Shown one piece after another: positions 27,158 to 36,775 of a stretch of 64,000 bases of DNA. Numbering within the stretch: the first letter of the stretch is position 1; every line of letters starts with the position of its first letter. The stretch covers positions 33,898 to 97,897 of the forward strand of contig CAMLLW010000002.1 in assembly GCA_946481295.1 (NCBI GenBank), in the 5' to 3' direction. The translations under genes and the position numbers were made by a program. The DNA comes from an uncultured Clostridia bacterium. Its GTDB lineage: Bacteria > Bacillota > Clostridia > Lachnospirales > UBA5962. The notes under the pieces are model-generated. The model did not search any database. It was not told where the DNA came from and worked only from the letters and a program-made list of their open reading frames with translations.

Positions 27158-28801
27158 TTGATTAATACATATGATTTAATCATAATTGGAGCTGGGCCCG
27201 CAGGGCTCAGTTCTGCTATATATTCAGGAAGAGCAAAATTAAATACTCTAGTATTAGATAAAGATGATATTGGCGGCCAAATAAAAATTACAAATGAAGT
27301 TGTAAATTATCCTGGTATTTTAGAAACAAGTGGTTCATTTTTAACTAAAACTATGAAACAACAAAGTATAAACTTTGGAGTAAAATTTGAAACAGTAGAA
27401 GTTCTAGATGTTGATTTTTCAGATACAATTAAAAAAGTAAAGACTAATAAAGGTGAATTTAGATCTTTAAGTATAATTATAGCAACTGGAGCAAGACCAA
27501 GAAGACTAGGATTTAAAGGCGAAACAGAATTTGCTGGTCGTGGAGTAGCTTATTGTGCTACATGTGATGGTGAATTCTTTACTGGTTTAGATGTTTTTGT
27601 TATAGGTGCTGGATTTGCAGCAGCAGAAGAAGCTATCTTTTTAACTAAATTTGCTAGACATGTTTATGTTATAGCTCGGGAACCTGAATTTACATGTTCT
27701 AAAACAATTGCTGATAAAGTATTATCTAATTCTAAAATTACAGTTCACTTTAATACAGAAATCTTGGAATTATCTGGTGCACAATCTCCAAAAAAAGCTA
27801 CTTTTATTGATAATAAAACAAATAATGTTTGGGAATACAATGTAGAAGATTTAAATTCAACATTTGGAGTATTTGTTTTTGTAGGTTATGAACCAATAAG
27901 TGAAATATTTAAAAATCATATTGAACTAGACAAATTTGGATACATACCTACTAATGAAGATTTAAAAACAAATATTGAAGGAGTTTATGCTGCTGGTGAT
28001 ATACGGCCAAAACGTTTAAGACAATTAGTTACAGCTGTATCAGATGGAGCAATTGCTTCTACATCTATAGAAAGATATCTCATAGATAAAAAAGATGAAT
28101 TAGGTATATCTTCTGAAGAAAACAATACAAGTAAAAATAATAAATCTTCATCTACAGACACTATATTTGATTTAGATTTAAAAAATCAAATTGTTGATAC
28201 ATTAAATATATTTGAAAATAATATCTCTATTGTATGTATATATGACGATTCTGAACAAAATGGTAGAGATACATACTCTTTTATGAAAGAATTTAGTGAA
28301 ATAGTATCTAAAAAAATAACTACTAACTTCTATAAAAAGGGTGAAAATACAGAGCTTGAAAAAATAATAAATGTAAGTTTATATCCTACAATAGCTATTT
28401 TTGATAAAGATAATAAATTTACAGGAATAGAATTTCATGGTGTTCCAAGTGGACACGAATTTAATTCATTTATATTAGCTCTTTATAATGTATCTGGTCC
28501 AGGACAAAATTTAGATGAAAATATTATAACTAGAATTAAAAATTTAAATAAAAATTTAAATATAAAAATATGCGTTTCTTTATCATGCAGTATATGTCCA
28601 GATGTTGTAACAAGTATACAAAAAATGGCTTCAATAAATAATAATATTAAAGCCGAAATGATTGAACTATATAGATATCCTGAAATTAAAAGTAAATATA
28701 ATATAATGAGTGTCCCAGCAATAATAATAAACGATAACGAAAATTTATTATTTGGTAAAAAAAATATTGAAGAACTATTATATTATTTTGAAAATGTTTA
28801 A
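27158..28801 (+). CDS. AhpF-like NAD(P)H-dependent peroxiredoxin reductase with permuted domain order (TrxR-like N-terminus, thioredoxin-fold C-terminus)
   Basis: GAGPAGLSSAIY (FAD), CATCDG (redox CxxC), GAGFAAAEEA (NAD). A low-complexity linker SSEENNTSKNNKSSS is followed by a C-terminal Trx-like fold with CSICPDV. TTG start. Confidence 0.8.
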   Translation: MINTYDLIIIGAGPAGLSSAIYSGRAKLNTLVLDKDDIGGQIKITNEVVNYPGILETSGSFLTKTMKQQSINFGVKFETVEVLDVDFSDTIKKVKTNKGEFRSLSIIIATGARPRRLGFKGETEFAGRGVAYCATCDGEFFTGLDVFVIGAGFAAAEEAIFLTKFARHVYVIAREPEFTCSKTIADKVLSNSKITVHFNTEILELSGAQSPKKATFIDNKTNNVWEYNVEDLNSTFGVFVFVGYEPISEIFKNHIELDKFGYIPTNEDLKTNIEGVYAAGDIRPKRLRQLVTAVSDGAIASTSIERYLIDKKDELGISSEENNTSKNNKSSSTDTIFDLDLKNQIVDTLNIFENNISIVCIYDDSEQNGRDTYSFMKEFSEIVSKKITTNFYKKGENTELEKIINVSLYPTIAIFDKDNKFTGIEFHGVPSGHEFNSFILALYNVSGPGQNLDENIITRIKNLNKNLNIKICVSLSCSICPDVVTSIQKMASINNNIKAEMIELYRYPEIKSKYNIMSVPAIIINDNENLLFGKKNIEELLYYFENV

Positions 28802-28805
28802 CATT

Positions 28806-28835
28806 AAAAAAATACCTATTTTAGGTATTTTTTTA
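28806..28835 (+). terminator. Intrinsic terminator after the ahpF-like gene
   Basis: AATACCT-ATTTT-AGGTATT followed by TTTTTT. Confidence 0.6.
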
Positions 28836-28836
28836 A

Positions 28837-28861
28837 TAAAAAAAGAGTATTAAATACTCTT
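28837..28861 (-). terminator. Intrinsic terminator of the tRNA operon
   Basis: The minus strand reads AGAGTATTTAATACTCT followed by TTTTTTT, directly after the last tRNA-Leu. Confidence 0.55.
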
Positions 28862-28868
28862 AGAATAG

Positions 28869-28952
28869 TGCTCGAGACCGGAATCGAACCGGTACGATGT
28901 TTCCATCGCAGGATTTTAAGTCCTGTGCGTCTGCCAGTTCCGCCACTCGAGC
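28869..28952 (-). tRNA. tRNA-Leu(UAA), copy 1
   Basis: Acceptor GCTCGAG/CTCGAGC, anticodon loop CT-TAA-AA, long variable arm, T-loop GGTTCGATTCC. CCA is not encoded. Confidence 0.9.
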
Positions 28953-28961
28953 AAAACATAA

Positions 28962-29034
28962 TGGTCACTATAGGACTTGAACCTATGACATCCTGCTTGT
29001 AAGGCAGGCGCTCTCCCAACTGAGCTAAGCGACC
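28962..29034 (-). tRNA. tRNA-Val(UAC), copy 1
   Basis: Acceptor GGTCGCT/AGTGACC, anticodon stem CCTGC/GCAGG with loop CT-TAC-AA, T arm ATAGG-TTCAAGT-CCTAT. Confidence 0.9.
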
Positions 29035-29037
29035 AAA

Positions 29038-29111
29038 CGACTCAAAAGGGGCTCGAACCCTCGACCTCTGGCGTGACAGGCCAGCGCTCTAACCAACTGA
29101 GCTATTGAGCC
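29038..29111 (-). tRNA. tRNA-Asp(GUC), copy 1
   Basis: Acceptor GGCTCAA/TTGAGTC, anticodon loop CT-GTC-AC, T-loop GGTTCGAGCCC. Confidence 0.9.
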
Positions 29112-29176
29112 ATTTTAAACTTAATAACTTAAAACTTTTTATTTAATATATTACTAAAAGTAATATTTAGAAAATA

Positions 29177-29260
29177 CTGCTCGAGACCGGAATCGAACCG
29201 GTACGATGTTTCCATCGCAGGATTTTAAGTCCTGTGCGTCTGCCAGTTCCGCCACTCGAG
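29177..29260 (-). tRNA. tRNA-Leu(UAA), copy 2
   Basis: Identical to copy 1 by eye. Confidence 0.9.
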
Positions 29261-29269
29261 CAAAACATA

Positions 29270-29343
29270 ATGGTCACTATAGGACTTGAACCTATGACAT
29301 CCTGCTTGTAAGGCAGGCGCTCTCCCAACTGAGCTAAGCGACC
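29270..29343 (-). tRNA. tRNA-Val(UAC), copy 2, with a 1-nt insertion in the 3' strand of the T-stem (possible impaired or pseudo-tRNA)
   Basis: Same sequence as copy 1, except that plus-strand CACTATAGG becomes CACTATAAGG at 29275..29284. The T arm therefore reads ATAGG-TTCAAGT-CCTTAT. Confidence 0.6.
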
Positions 29344-29346
29344 AAA

Positions 29347-29420
29347 CGACTCAAAAGGGGCTCGAACCCTCGACCTCTGGCGTGACAGGCCAGCGCTCTA
29401 ACCAACTGAGCTATTGAGCC
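29347..29420 (-). tRNA. tRNA-Asp(GUC), copy 2
   Basis: Identical to copy 1 by eye. Confidence 0.9.
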
Positions 29421-29478
29421 ATTTTAACTTAATGTCATAATAAGTATCTTGTTGACTTACTTGCTTTCGACTTTTATA

Positions 29479-29507
29479 AGTATATATTAATTATTAAAAA
29501 AAGTCAA
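29479..29507 (-). promoter_or_regulatory. Putative sigma-A promoter of the six-tRNA operon
   Basis: The minus strand reads TTGACT-17 nt-TATACT, about 60 nt upstream of the distal tRNA-Asp. Confidence 0.5.
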
Positions 29508-29560
29508 GCATTTTTTTTGAAAATACAAAAATATACTAAATTTTATTATATTATTATTTT

Positions 29561-29597
29561 AAAAAATAGAGAAATCACATGTGATTTCTCTATTTTT
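29561..29597 (-). terminator. Intrinsic terminator after the 940-aa exoprotein gene
   Basis: TAGAGAAATCAC-AT-GTGATTTCTCTA flanked by A/T runs. Confidence 0.65.
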
Positions 29598-32404
29598 TAA
29601 AAAACTTTTTCTATATTAAATTTTATATTATTACTATTTACTCTAAGTCGTAATATTGAAAAATCTTTGTTTATAGATCCACTACTATTAAATAAACTAT
29701 CTAAATTTATATATGTTACACCATCTTCCATATAATTAGATACACTTATATTATCATCTGCTGATACAACAAATATTGTTTTTCCCATATCTACAAGATC
29801 TTTTAATGCTTCTTTAAAAATATTTTTATCTGATATATTATCAATATTTTTATTTATTATAAATACTACATTTTGTACATTAGAATTTTTTATTTCCTTA
29901 TAAAAACTCCAATTATAAACAGATGTTTTAGTTAAACTTCCTTTAGAAGCATTTAAACTTATTAATGATATATTATTAAACTCCTGATACTTATACCCTT
30001 TACTTATTTTTTTAGTATTTAAATTTTCTATTCCATCTAAATAAGTATCTCCTACAAAAACCCCAACAGAAGAATTATTTTTAAATTTACTTATCCAAGA
30101 ATTTTCTATATCATTAATATTATCAGGTAATTTATCTCCTGGTTTATTTGTTGTACCTACAAATGTGATATCTACCCCATTCTCTTTTGAAAAACTACTA
30201 ATATCAAATAGAGGATTTTTATATTTATTAGCTTCTGGTAAATCTACATGTTTATATTCTATAGGATAAAGTCCAATTAAATCATCAAAATAAATACTAC
30301 TATCTAACTTAGATTCATTAGATAAAGATGCTATATATAATTTATCTAATTTTAAAGGTTTAACAGCCTTTTCTGGTAATGGTACAATTAAATTCTTCCA
30401 GCCTGTCCAATCAATATTTCTAGATATATCAACTAAAAATTCACCTCCATTAGCGTCTATAAGTCTAGCTCTTGCCCAGTTATTACTATTATCACCATAG
30501 AGAGCAATTTTAAATCCTATAGCATTATTACCAAAAACAAATGGATTTTTAAATGTTGCATATGCAGCTTGAGTTGTTTCACTTATATCAAAACTATAAG
30601 TTAATTTTAATGCATTATTACCTTCAGAATTTTTATCAGAGTCATATGAAACATTACCTGATACACCATTTTGTGTATTTTCAAAACTTACAATATCATC
30701 ACCATTAAAAGAAGTAATTGGTTTTTCTAATGATCCAACATGTACTTCTATATAAGTTGAAATATCTCCTACACTTGCTTTTATATATCCAGAGCCACTA
30801 CCAGTAACTTTAAATACACTATTTTCAATAGTTCCTAACTCTTTTGGTACTACTTCATATGTTAATGTATTTATATTTTCTGTTTTACCAGTAGTACTTA
30901 TTCCTTTAAAATTAAGAGTTTTTGTACCATACATTGGTAATTCTATTAATTTATCTTCTGATTTAATTTCTGCAAGATCTAAACATTCTATTTTTTTAGA
31001 TTCTGTAATTCCATTGTAGTCTACATTTATATTAATTTCTCCAGTTTTACTAGGTTTAAAATTATATCCATTCCATACACCATTTTTATCATCAGAACTA
31101 TATTTTATATTGTTACTTACATCTATTTTATTTAATTGATCATCTAATCCAAAAGCATAAACATCTACATCGCTTCCTAAAAATACTATATCCCTTGGAT
31201 ATGTATTTATATCTAATGAAGTTACATTACCTGGTTCTGCTGTATTAAAAACTCCTAATGCATTAGCAACCTTTCTTTGACTACCTTCTGAAACTTTATT
31301 TACTACTTTTACAGAATCATCATCAATTGTTTTTACTGCCATTGTAGTAGAACCACCGCCATCTAATTGCATAGCATTATATGCTCCTAAATCCGCTAAT
31401 ATATTGGCAAATTCTTCATGTGTAACACCTATACTAATACCTCTTCCATCTATAGCTACTAAGTATATTTTTTTACCATCTTTACTAATTCCCACTGCAC
31501 TTCTAGGCTGTCTTTTACCAGGGGAAACAACATATCCTGAATTTACATACTTACCATTTTCTAATATTTTACCGGCTCCACCTATTGCAGTTTTTATAGC
31601 ACTAAAATCAAAAGATGTATTTATATGAATATCTGCTTTATCACCTACTTTTACAGAATCATAAAAATATTGAGCATATGTAGCAGCAACTAATATTATA
31701 TATCCATTTTCAGGTACTTCTACAGTTTCTCCACCTTTAGATATATAATCTATAACACCATCTTTAACTACAAATTTAACTAAATCAGGAAATTTAGCAT
31801 CTAAATCTTTTGTACTAGTTATTGCTTGTCTATCAAAATATACTGCACTAAAGTTTCTTTGATATTTATTCATAGCACGAACTCTTATATTTTCTTGTCC
31901 ATTATTTGTAAATGATATTTTAGGATAAACATAATCTATAAATGGGTTATTATCTGAATCTATTAAAAAACTTGCATATCCTTTTTCACCTTCACTAAGA
32001 GACACTATTTTACTTTCATCTACAACCATTCCCATAGATGTTACGGGTGTCATAGACATATCAAAATAATCTGCATTTATACCAGCTAAAGCACCATTAT
32101 TATTAACTAAAGCACTTGTAGTTGATCTTGATCCATATGTATTAGATTGTATTGGTCCTACTTTTATATTTTTATTTGATATATCTGCCGTTATAATATG
32201 TATATTTACTAATCCTTTATCTGTTATACGCGTCTTTTTTTCGTATGTTACTCCTTTTGTTACAATGTTTTGTGGATAATTATGTTCATAAATTAATCCA
32301 GCTTTAACTTCATGTAAACTGAATTTTGTACAACTTATAAAAGTAAAAATTAGCATTTGTAACATAACATATTTAAATACTTTATTTTTTAAGTTTTTTT
32401 TCAT
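29597..32404 (-). CDS. Large secreted phosphodiester-glycosidase (NAGPA-domain) family protein with Ig-like / carbohydrate-binding-like repeats
   Basis: Signal/anchor MKKNLKNKVFKYVMLQMLIFTFISC. NAGPA-type motifs GINADYF, PRSAVGISKDGKKIYLVAIDGR and QLDGGGSTTM. The start is taken at ATG 32404 (GGGGGGAG RBS). Confidence 0.75.
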   Translation of the reverse strand: MKKNLKNKVFKYVMLQMLIFTFISCTKFSLHEVKAGLIYEHNYPQNIVTKGVTYEKKTRITDKGLVNIHIITADISNKNIKVGPIQSNTYGSRSTTSALVNNNGALAGINADYFDMSMTPVTSMGMVVDESKIVSLSEGEKGYASFLIDSDNNPFIDYVYPKISFTNNGQENIRVRAMNKYQRNFSAVYFDRQAITSTKDLDAKFPDLVKFVVKDGVIDYISKGGETVEVPENGYIILVAATYAQYFYDSVKVGDKADIHINTSFDFSAIKTAIGGAGKILENGKYVNSGYVVSPGKRQPRSAVGISKDGKKIYLVAIDGRGISIGVTHEEFANILADLGAYNAMQLDGGGSTTMAVKTIDDDSVKVVNKVSEGSQRKVANALGVFNTAEPGNVTSLDINTYPRDIVFLGSDVDVYAFGLDDQLNKIDVSNNIKYSSDDKNGVWNGYNFKPSKTGEININVDYNGITESKKIECLDLAEIKSEDKLIELPMYGTKTLNFKGISTTGKTENINTLTYEVVPKELGTIENSVFKVTGSGSGYIKASVGDISTYIEVHVGSLEKPITSFNGDDIVSFENTQNGVSGNVSYDSDKNSEGNNALKLTYSFDISETTQAAYATFKNPFVFGNNAIGFKIALYGDNSNNWARARLIDANGGEFLVDISRNIDWTGWKNLIVPLPEKAVKPLKLDKLYIASLSNESKLDSSIYFDDLIGLYPIEYKHVDLPEANKYKNPLFDISSFSKENGVDITFVGTTNKPGDKLPDNINDIENSWISKFKNNSSVGVFVGDTYLDGIENLNTKKISKGYKYQEFNNISLISLNASKGSLTKTSVYNWSFYKEIKNSNVQNVVFIINKNIDNISDKNIFKEALKDLVDMGKTIFVVSADDNISVSNYMEDGVTYINLDSLFNSSGSINKDFSILRLRVNSNNIKFNIEKVF

Positions 32405-32660
32405 ATATTCTCCCCCCATTTATTTATATTTAAGTATAACAAAATCAGGCATAATATTCAATTTACTAAAACATTACAATATATTGAAAAATCATTTATC
32501 TTATCTTTAACAATAATTTATTTGTATTATACCCAAATTTTCCAAATTTTAAAATATTTATTTCTTTGTAAAATTCACTAAAATATCGATATCTTTACAA
32601 AAAATTTTCATTACTGTATAATTACTGTTAAATAAAATATTAAAAGGGTATGATATTAAT

Positions 32661-34529
32661 ATGTTCATTAAAATAAGAAACTTTTTTAACAAGCTGAAAA
32701 TAAATATATTTATTTCATTTATACTTATTTTATTATCATCTTTTATAATTACATTTTGCATGTTTTATTTACAACCTATATCAATAAAAGATGTTTTTTT
32801 TATAGCAAAAGAATCTAATTATTTAACTATTTGGGTAAATTTACTGCCAGTACTTTTAAGTATGTTACTTCTATTTTTTATAAGTAGTAATTTAGTTTTT
32901 TCTGTAGGGACTGTTTCAATAATATGTATGATAATGGGTATTGTAAATAGAGAAAAAATTCTATTAAGAAATGATCCATTTTTACCATGGGATGTTTCAT
33001 TAGGATTAGAGCTTGCAGGAATTGCTAAAAGCTTTGGTATAACTAAAATAATTTTAGTTATATTAAGTATTTTAATAGTAATTACATTATTAGTTCTAGC
33101 AATTGTACTTGTAAAAAATAATAAATTAAATAAGATAACTAGAATTGTAGGAAGTATCGTTACATTATTTATTATGTATATTTGTAATTCTAATATATAT
33201 TCAAACACAAATATAAATAACTCATTGTATGTATTTGGTAATGTATATAATCAAGTAGATACATTTAATTCTAGAGGTTTTTTATATTCGTTTTTAAGTA
33301 CTTATAATTTAAATAATTTTTCTAAACCAAGTGATTATTCAGATAAAGAAATTATAAATATAATAAATAATTTTAATAAAAAAGATTCAAGTAATATGAA
33401 AAAACCTAATATAGTGTTTATATTAGGAGAAGCATTTTCTGATATGGCTCTAAATGAAAATTTAAATTTTGATAATTATAGAGATCCTTTAGAAAACTTT
33501 AGAAAAATAAAAGAAGATTCTATAAGCGGTCATATTGTAGTTCCAGGTGTAGGCGGAGGTACAGCTGATACAGAATTTGATATTTTAACTGGATTAAATA
33601 CAAGATACTTAAGGGGTGCACCATTTTCATATAGATTGGTAACTCATGATTTTGAATCTATACCTTCATTTTTAAAAGGATTAGGTTATGATACAGTAGC
33701 AGTTCATCCTGGATATAAGTGGTTTTATAATAGACAAAATGTCTATAAATATTTTGGAATAGATAAATTTATTAATATATCAGATTTTCCAAATGCAACT
33801 TATAAAGGTATGTATGTTAGTGAAAAAGATACTATAGATAGATTTATAGATGTATATAAAGAACATAAAAATAAATCAAATTCTCCACTATTTACATTAG
33901 GTGTTACAATACAAAATCATGGTCCATACCCTGATAAATATTTATACGATGCAAATTTAACAAAACCAAATTTTAATAGTAATTTAGATTTAACTGATGC
34001 AGAAAAAAATGCATTATCAAATTACTTTGAAGGTTTAAAAGATGCAGATATACAATTAAAAAGATTATTAGATTTTTATAATAAACAAGATGAACCAATA
34101 GTTGTTGTATATTGGGGAGATCATTTACCTGCATTTAAACAAGAAATTTATAATAAATTTTTTCCCGATACATTTGAAAAAGGTACTTATAATTCTTTAA
34201 CAAGAATATATAAAACACCATTTATAATTTGGCAAAATAAAAAAGCAAGAGAAACTACAGATATATCAAAAAATTATAAAGAACTTTCTATGCCTGAAAA
34301 AAATGTTATATCATCTAGTTATTTAGGTGCATACGTTTTACAGCTTTTAAATTTTGATGGTATTTCTCCATTCTTTGATTATTTAAATAATTTAAGAACA
34401 AAATATCCTGTTGTATTTGAAGATCAAAGTTTTTATTATGACAAAACTAGTACAGCTAACGTACCAATAGAAGAAAAAAGAGATTTAAGATTATATAACT
34501 TCTGGCACTACTTTAAAATATTTAATTAA
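32661..34529 (+). CDS. LTA-synthase-family (sulfatase-domain) membrane protein
   Basis: N-terminal multi-TM region followed by an extracellular sulfatase domain (NIVFILGEAFSD, GGGTADTEFDILTG, NHGPY). Confidence 0.8.
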   Translation: MFIKIRNFFNKLKINIFISFILILLSSFIITFCMFYLQPISIKDVFFIAKESNYLTIWVNLLPVLLSMLLLFFISSNLVFSVGTVSIICMIMGIVNREKILLRNDPFLPWDVSLGLELAGIAKSFGITKIILVILSILIVITLLVLAIVLVKNNKLNKITRIVGSIVTLFIMYICNSNIYSNTNINNSLYVFGNVYNQVDTFNSRGFLYSFLSTYNLNNFSKPSDYSDKEIINIINNFNKKDSSNMKKPNIVFILGEAFSDMALNENLNFDNYRDPLENFRKIKEDSISGHIVVPGVGGGTADTEFDILTGLNTRYLRGAPFSYRLVTHDFESIPSFLKGLGYDTVAVHPGYKWFYNRQNVYKYFGIDKFINISDFPNATYKGMYVSEKDTIDRFIDVYKEHKNKSNSPLFTLGVTIQNHGPYPDKYLYDANLTKPNFNSNLDLTDAEKNALSNYFEGLKDADIQLKRLLDFYNKQDEPIVVVYWGDHLPAFKQEIYNKFFPDTFEKGTYNSLTRIYKTPFIIWQNKKARETTDISKNYKELSMPEKNVISSSYLGAYVLQLLNFDGISPFFDYLNNLRTKYPVVFEDQSFYYDKTSTANVPIEEKRDLRLYNFWHYFKIFN

Positions 34530-34558
34530 AAAAACCTATCTAAAGATAGGTTTTTTTA
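34528..34558. terminator. Bidirectional terminator between the LtaS-like gene and GT4::CsaB
   Basis: AAAAAACCTATCT-AA-AGATAGGTTTTTTT. Confidence 0.6.
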
Positions 34559-36775
34559 TTCTAATAATTTTATAACAACTTTTGCATCATTACGTGCTAA
34601 AGCTTTTAATCTTAAACTCTCTTTTAATATTTCTTCTTTTACTTCTTCGTAATTTATTAGTATATTTTCTATCATACTTAATAATTTTTCTACATCCATA
34701 TTAGATGTATCTATAAATGTATCTTGATTTATATACTCTATAAAAAATTTAACTTTTGGATCATACACTAAACCTATAACAGGTAGATTTGAACTTACAG
34801 AATAAATTAGTGTATGTAATCTCATAGATATAGTTAATTTAGATATACTTATTATAGAAAGTAATTTTTTAACATCATATACTTTACTTAAAAATACATG
34901 TTCTGTATTTGATTTATTTGCAATTTCTCTTAATATATTAGAATCATTTGGATGCATAGGAACATACATAGGTATTATATTATATTTCTTATTAACTTTA
35001 TTTATAACATATGCCATTTTTTTGACAAAATTATCTTCGTTATACTTCCAACTTCTACAAGAAACTACAAAATAGTTCTTATTTATATCTATATTTTCTA
35101 TCCTTATAATGTTATCTATTTTTGTTATATCATCTATATCTATTGCAAAAACTGGATCAACTGATAAATTAATATTTTTATTTCTTACATGTAATCTTTT
35201 AATTTCATTTAATGATTGTGGTTCTCTTAAAGATATATAATCACATATAGATAATGCATTTCTAGCTCTTGCCTCATTATATTTTTTTGTAATTGGACCA
35301 ATTCCATTAGCATATATCATAAGTTTTAATCCACAAGCTTTTGCTACTTTTAACATAACTGTATAATAAATTAAAGACTGTGTACTTGTAATATCTTGTA
35401 TTATACTTCCTCCACCGTTTATAAATACACGTGATCTCCTAAAATATCTTATTATTGTAAAAAAATTATATCTATTTATTGAAAAAACATTATGCTCTTG
35501 CATTGTATCTTTAGGTTTTCTTGATAATACTAAAATTTTAATATCTTCTTTTTCTTTTCTAATACTATCTATAACAGCTTTTAATAAAGCATCATCACCG
35601 CTGTTGTTAAAACCATAATATCCAGATAAAACAACATCAAATAATTTATTCGCATCTTTTTGTTTTTTCAATATATCTTTATAAATTTCTATATGTCTAT
35701 TTTTCATGCTTTCTTTAGAAAAATTTGATTTTGCAAAATTATATAAGTTATTACCTAAAACTTCTCTTAAATTTTTATCTTCTATAAGTTTTAAAATTTT
35801 TCTAGAAAGTTCTCTATAATCTCCAGACTTTACTAATAATCCAGTTTCTCCTTCTATTATTAAATCAGATATACCTCCAACATTTGTACTAACAGTAGCT
35901 TTTTTTAATCTAGCTCCCTCTAATAAAACATATGGAAAGCTTTCGCTGTAAGAACTTAAAACATTTATATCTATAATATTTATAAAACTATATATATCTT
36001 CTATGAAACCAATAAAAAATACATTTTTATTTATTCCTAATTTTTTAGTTTGTTGAACTAAATTATTTTTTTCTATACCTTCTCCAGCTAATAAAAATAT
36101 AACATCTTTTCTAGTTTTTAGTATTTGAGCTGCTGCATTTATAAAAACTTCATGTCCTTTTACATAATCAAATCTTCCTATTATACCTATAATTGTTTTA
36201 TCTTCTACTAATAGTTTATGTTTTTTTATAAATTCATCCTTAGGTAATATATTTAATTCTTTTTCAAAATCTATAGTATTATAAACTGTATAAATTAAAT
36301 TTTCTTTAAAGCCTCTTTCTATAAGCATATTTTTAAAATTTTCAGATACAGCTATATAATAATCTATAAATTTTAATGCTATTGTATTAAGCCATGTATA
36401 TATATATTTTTTATATAAATTTTCTGTAAAATCTAATTTATAATCACTGTGTATTGTTGTAACTATAGGTGTACTTATAAATAATTTTAAAAACATAGCT
36501 ATAAAATTAGCTCTAGCACCGTGTGCATGAATTAGATTATATCTTTCAGAACGTATTAGTTTTACTAATTTTTTTATTACAGATAAGTCATTTCTATATC
36601 TTTGTTTAATAAGTTCAGAATCTATCGGCATATTTTGTATTTCTTGATAGAACACACCATTAGTAAAACAAACAACTTTTATATCTATTTCTTCTTTAAG
36701 AGCCGAAAGAAGCGTAAAAACATGAGTTTTTGCGCCACCTTTGTCTCCACCGCTTATTAAATGAAGTACTTTCAT
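34556..36775 (-). CDS. Fusion protein: GT4 glycosyltransferase (N-terminus) and polysaccharide pyruvyl transferase CsaB (C-terminus)
   Basis: aa 1-370 have GT4 features (HLISGGDKGGAKTH, EGFPYVLLEG-like ESFPYVLLEGAR). aa about 378-739 have the CsaB signature LSGYYGFNNSGDDALLKAV and FINGGGSIIQD. Confidence 0.8.
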   Translation of the reverse strand: MKVLHLISGGDKGGAKTHVFTLLSALKEEIDIKVVCFTNGVFYQEIQNMPIDSELIKQRYRNDLSVIKKLVKLIRSERYNLIHAHGARANFIAMFLKLFISTPIVTTIHSDYKLDFTENLYKKYIYTWLNTIALKFIDYYIAVSENFKNMLIERGFKENLIYTVYNTIDFEKELNILPKDEFIKKHKLLVEDKTIIGIIGRFDYVKGHEVFINAAAQILKTRKDVIFLLAGEGIEKNNLVQQTKKLGINKNVFFIGFIEDIYSFINIIDINVLSSYSESFPYVLLEGARLKKATVSTNVGGISDLIIEGETGLLVKSGDYRELSRKILKLIEDKNLREVLGNNLYNFAKSNFSKESMKNRHIEIYKDILKKQKDANKLFDVVLSGYYGFNNSGDDALLKAVIDSIRKEKEDIKILVLSRKPKDTMQEHNVFSINRYNFFTIIRYFRRSRVFINGGGSIIQDITSTQSLIYYTVMLKVAKACGLKLMIYANGIGPITKKYNEARARNALSICDYISLREPQSLNEIKRLHVRNKNINLSVDPVFAIDIDDITKIDNIIRIENIDINKNYFVVSCRSWKYNEDNFVKKMAYVINKVNKKYNIIPMYVPMHPNDSNILREIANKSNTEHVFLSKVYDVKKLLSIISISKLTISMRLHTLIYSVSSNLPVIGLVYDPKVKFFIEYINQDTFIDTSNMDVEKLLSMIENILINYEEVKEEILKESLRLKALARNDAKVVIKLLE

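Larger units (their letters stand above)
28869..29433 (-). repeat. Tandem direct duplication (period 308/309 bp) of the tRNA Asp-Val-Leu block
   Basis: The 243-244 nt covering the three tRNAs plus about 14 nt upstream of tRNA-Asp are repeated. The roughly 50-nt spacer segments outside this repeated part are unrelated. Confidence 0.9.

Noticed and set aside
28816-29019. 67-aa ORF overlapping tRNA-Leu and tRNA-Val.
   Set aside because: It is entirely explained by the tRNA genes on the same strand, so it is not a credible CDS.
28869-29433. Regularly spaced repeats, considered as a possible CRISPR-like array.
   Set aside because: There are only two units of about 308 bp. Each is fully accounted for by three tRNA genes, and no cas genes are present.
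28802-29600. tRNA cluster considered as an integration hotspot for a genomic island or prophage.
   Set aside because: There is no integrase, no direct repeat of a tRNA 3' end, and no compositional break. The flanking genes (ahpCF, cell-wall locus) look like native core genes.
32558-32761. 67-aa minus-strand ORF in the divergent promoter region and at the 5' end of the LtaS-like gene.
   Set aside because: It has no RBS, overlaps the start of a well-supported gene, and is AT-rich low-complexity sequence.
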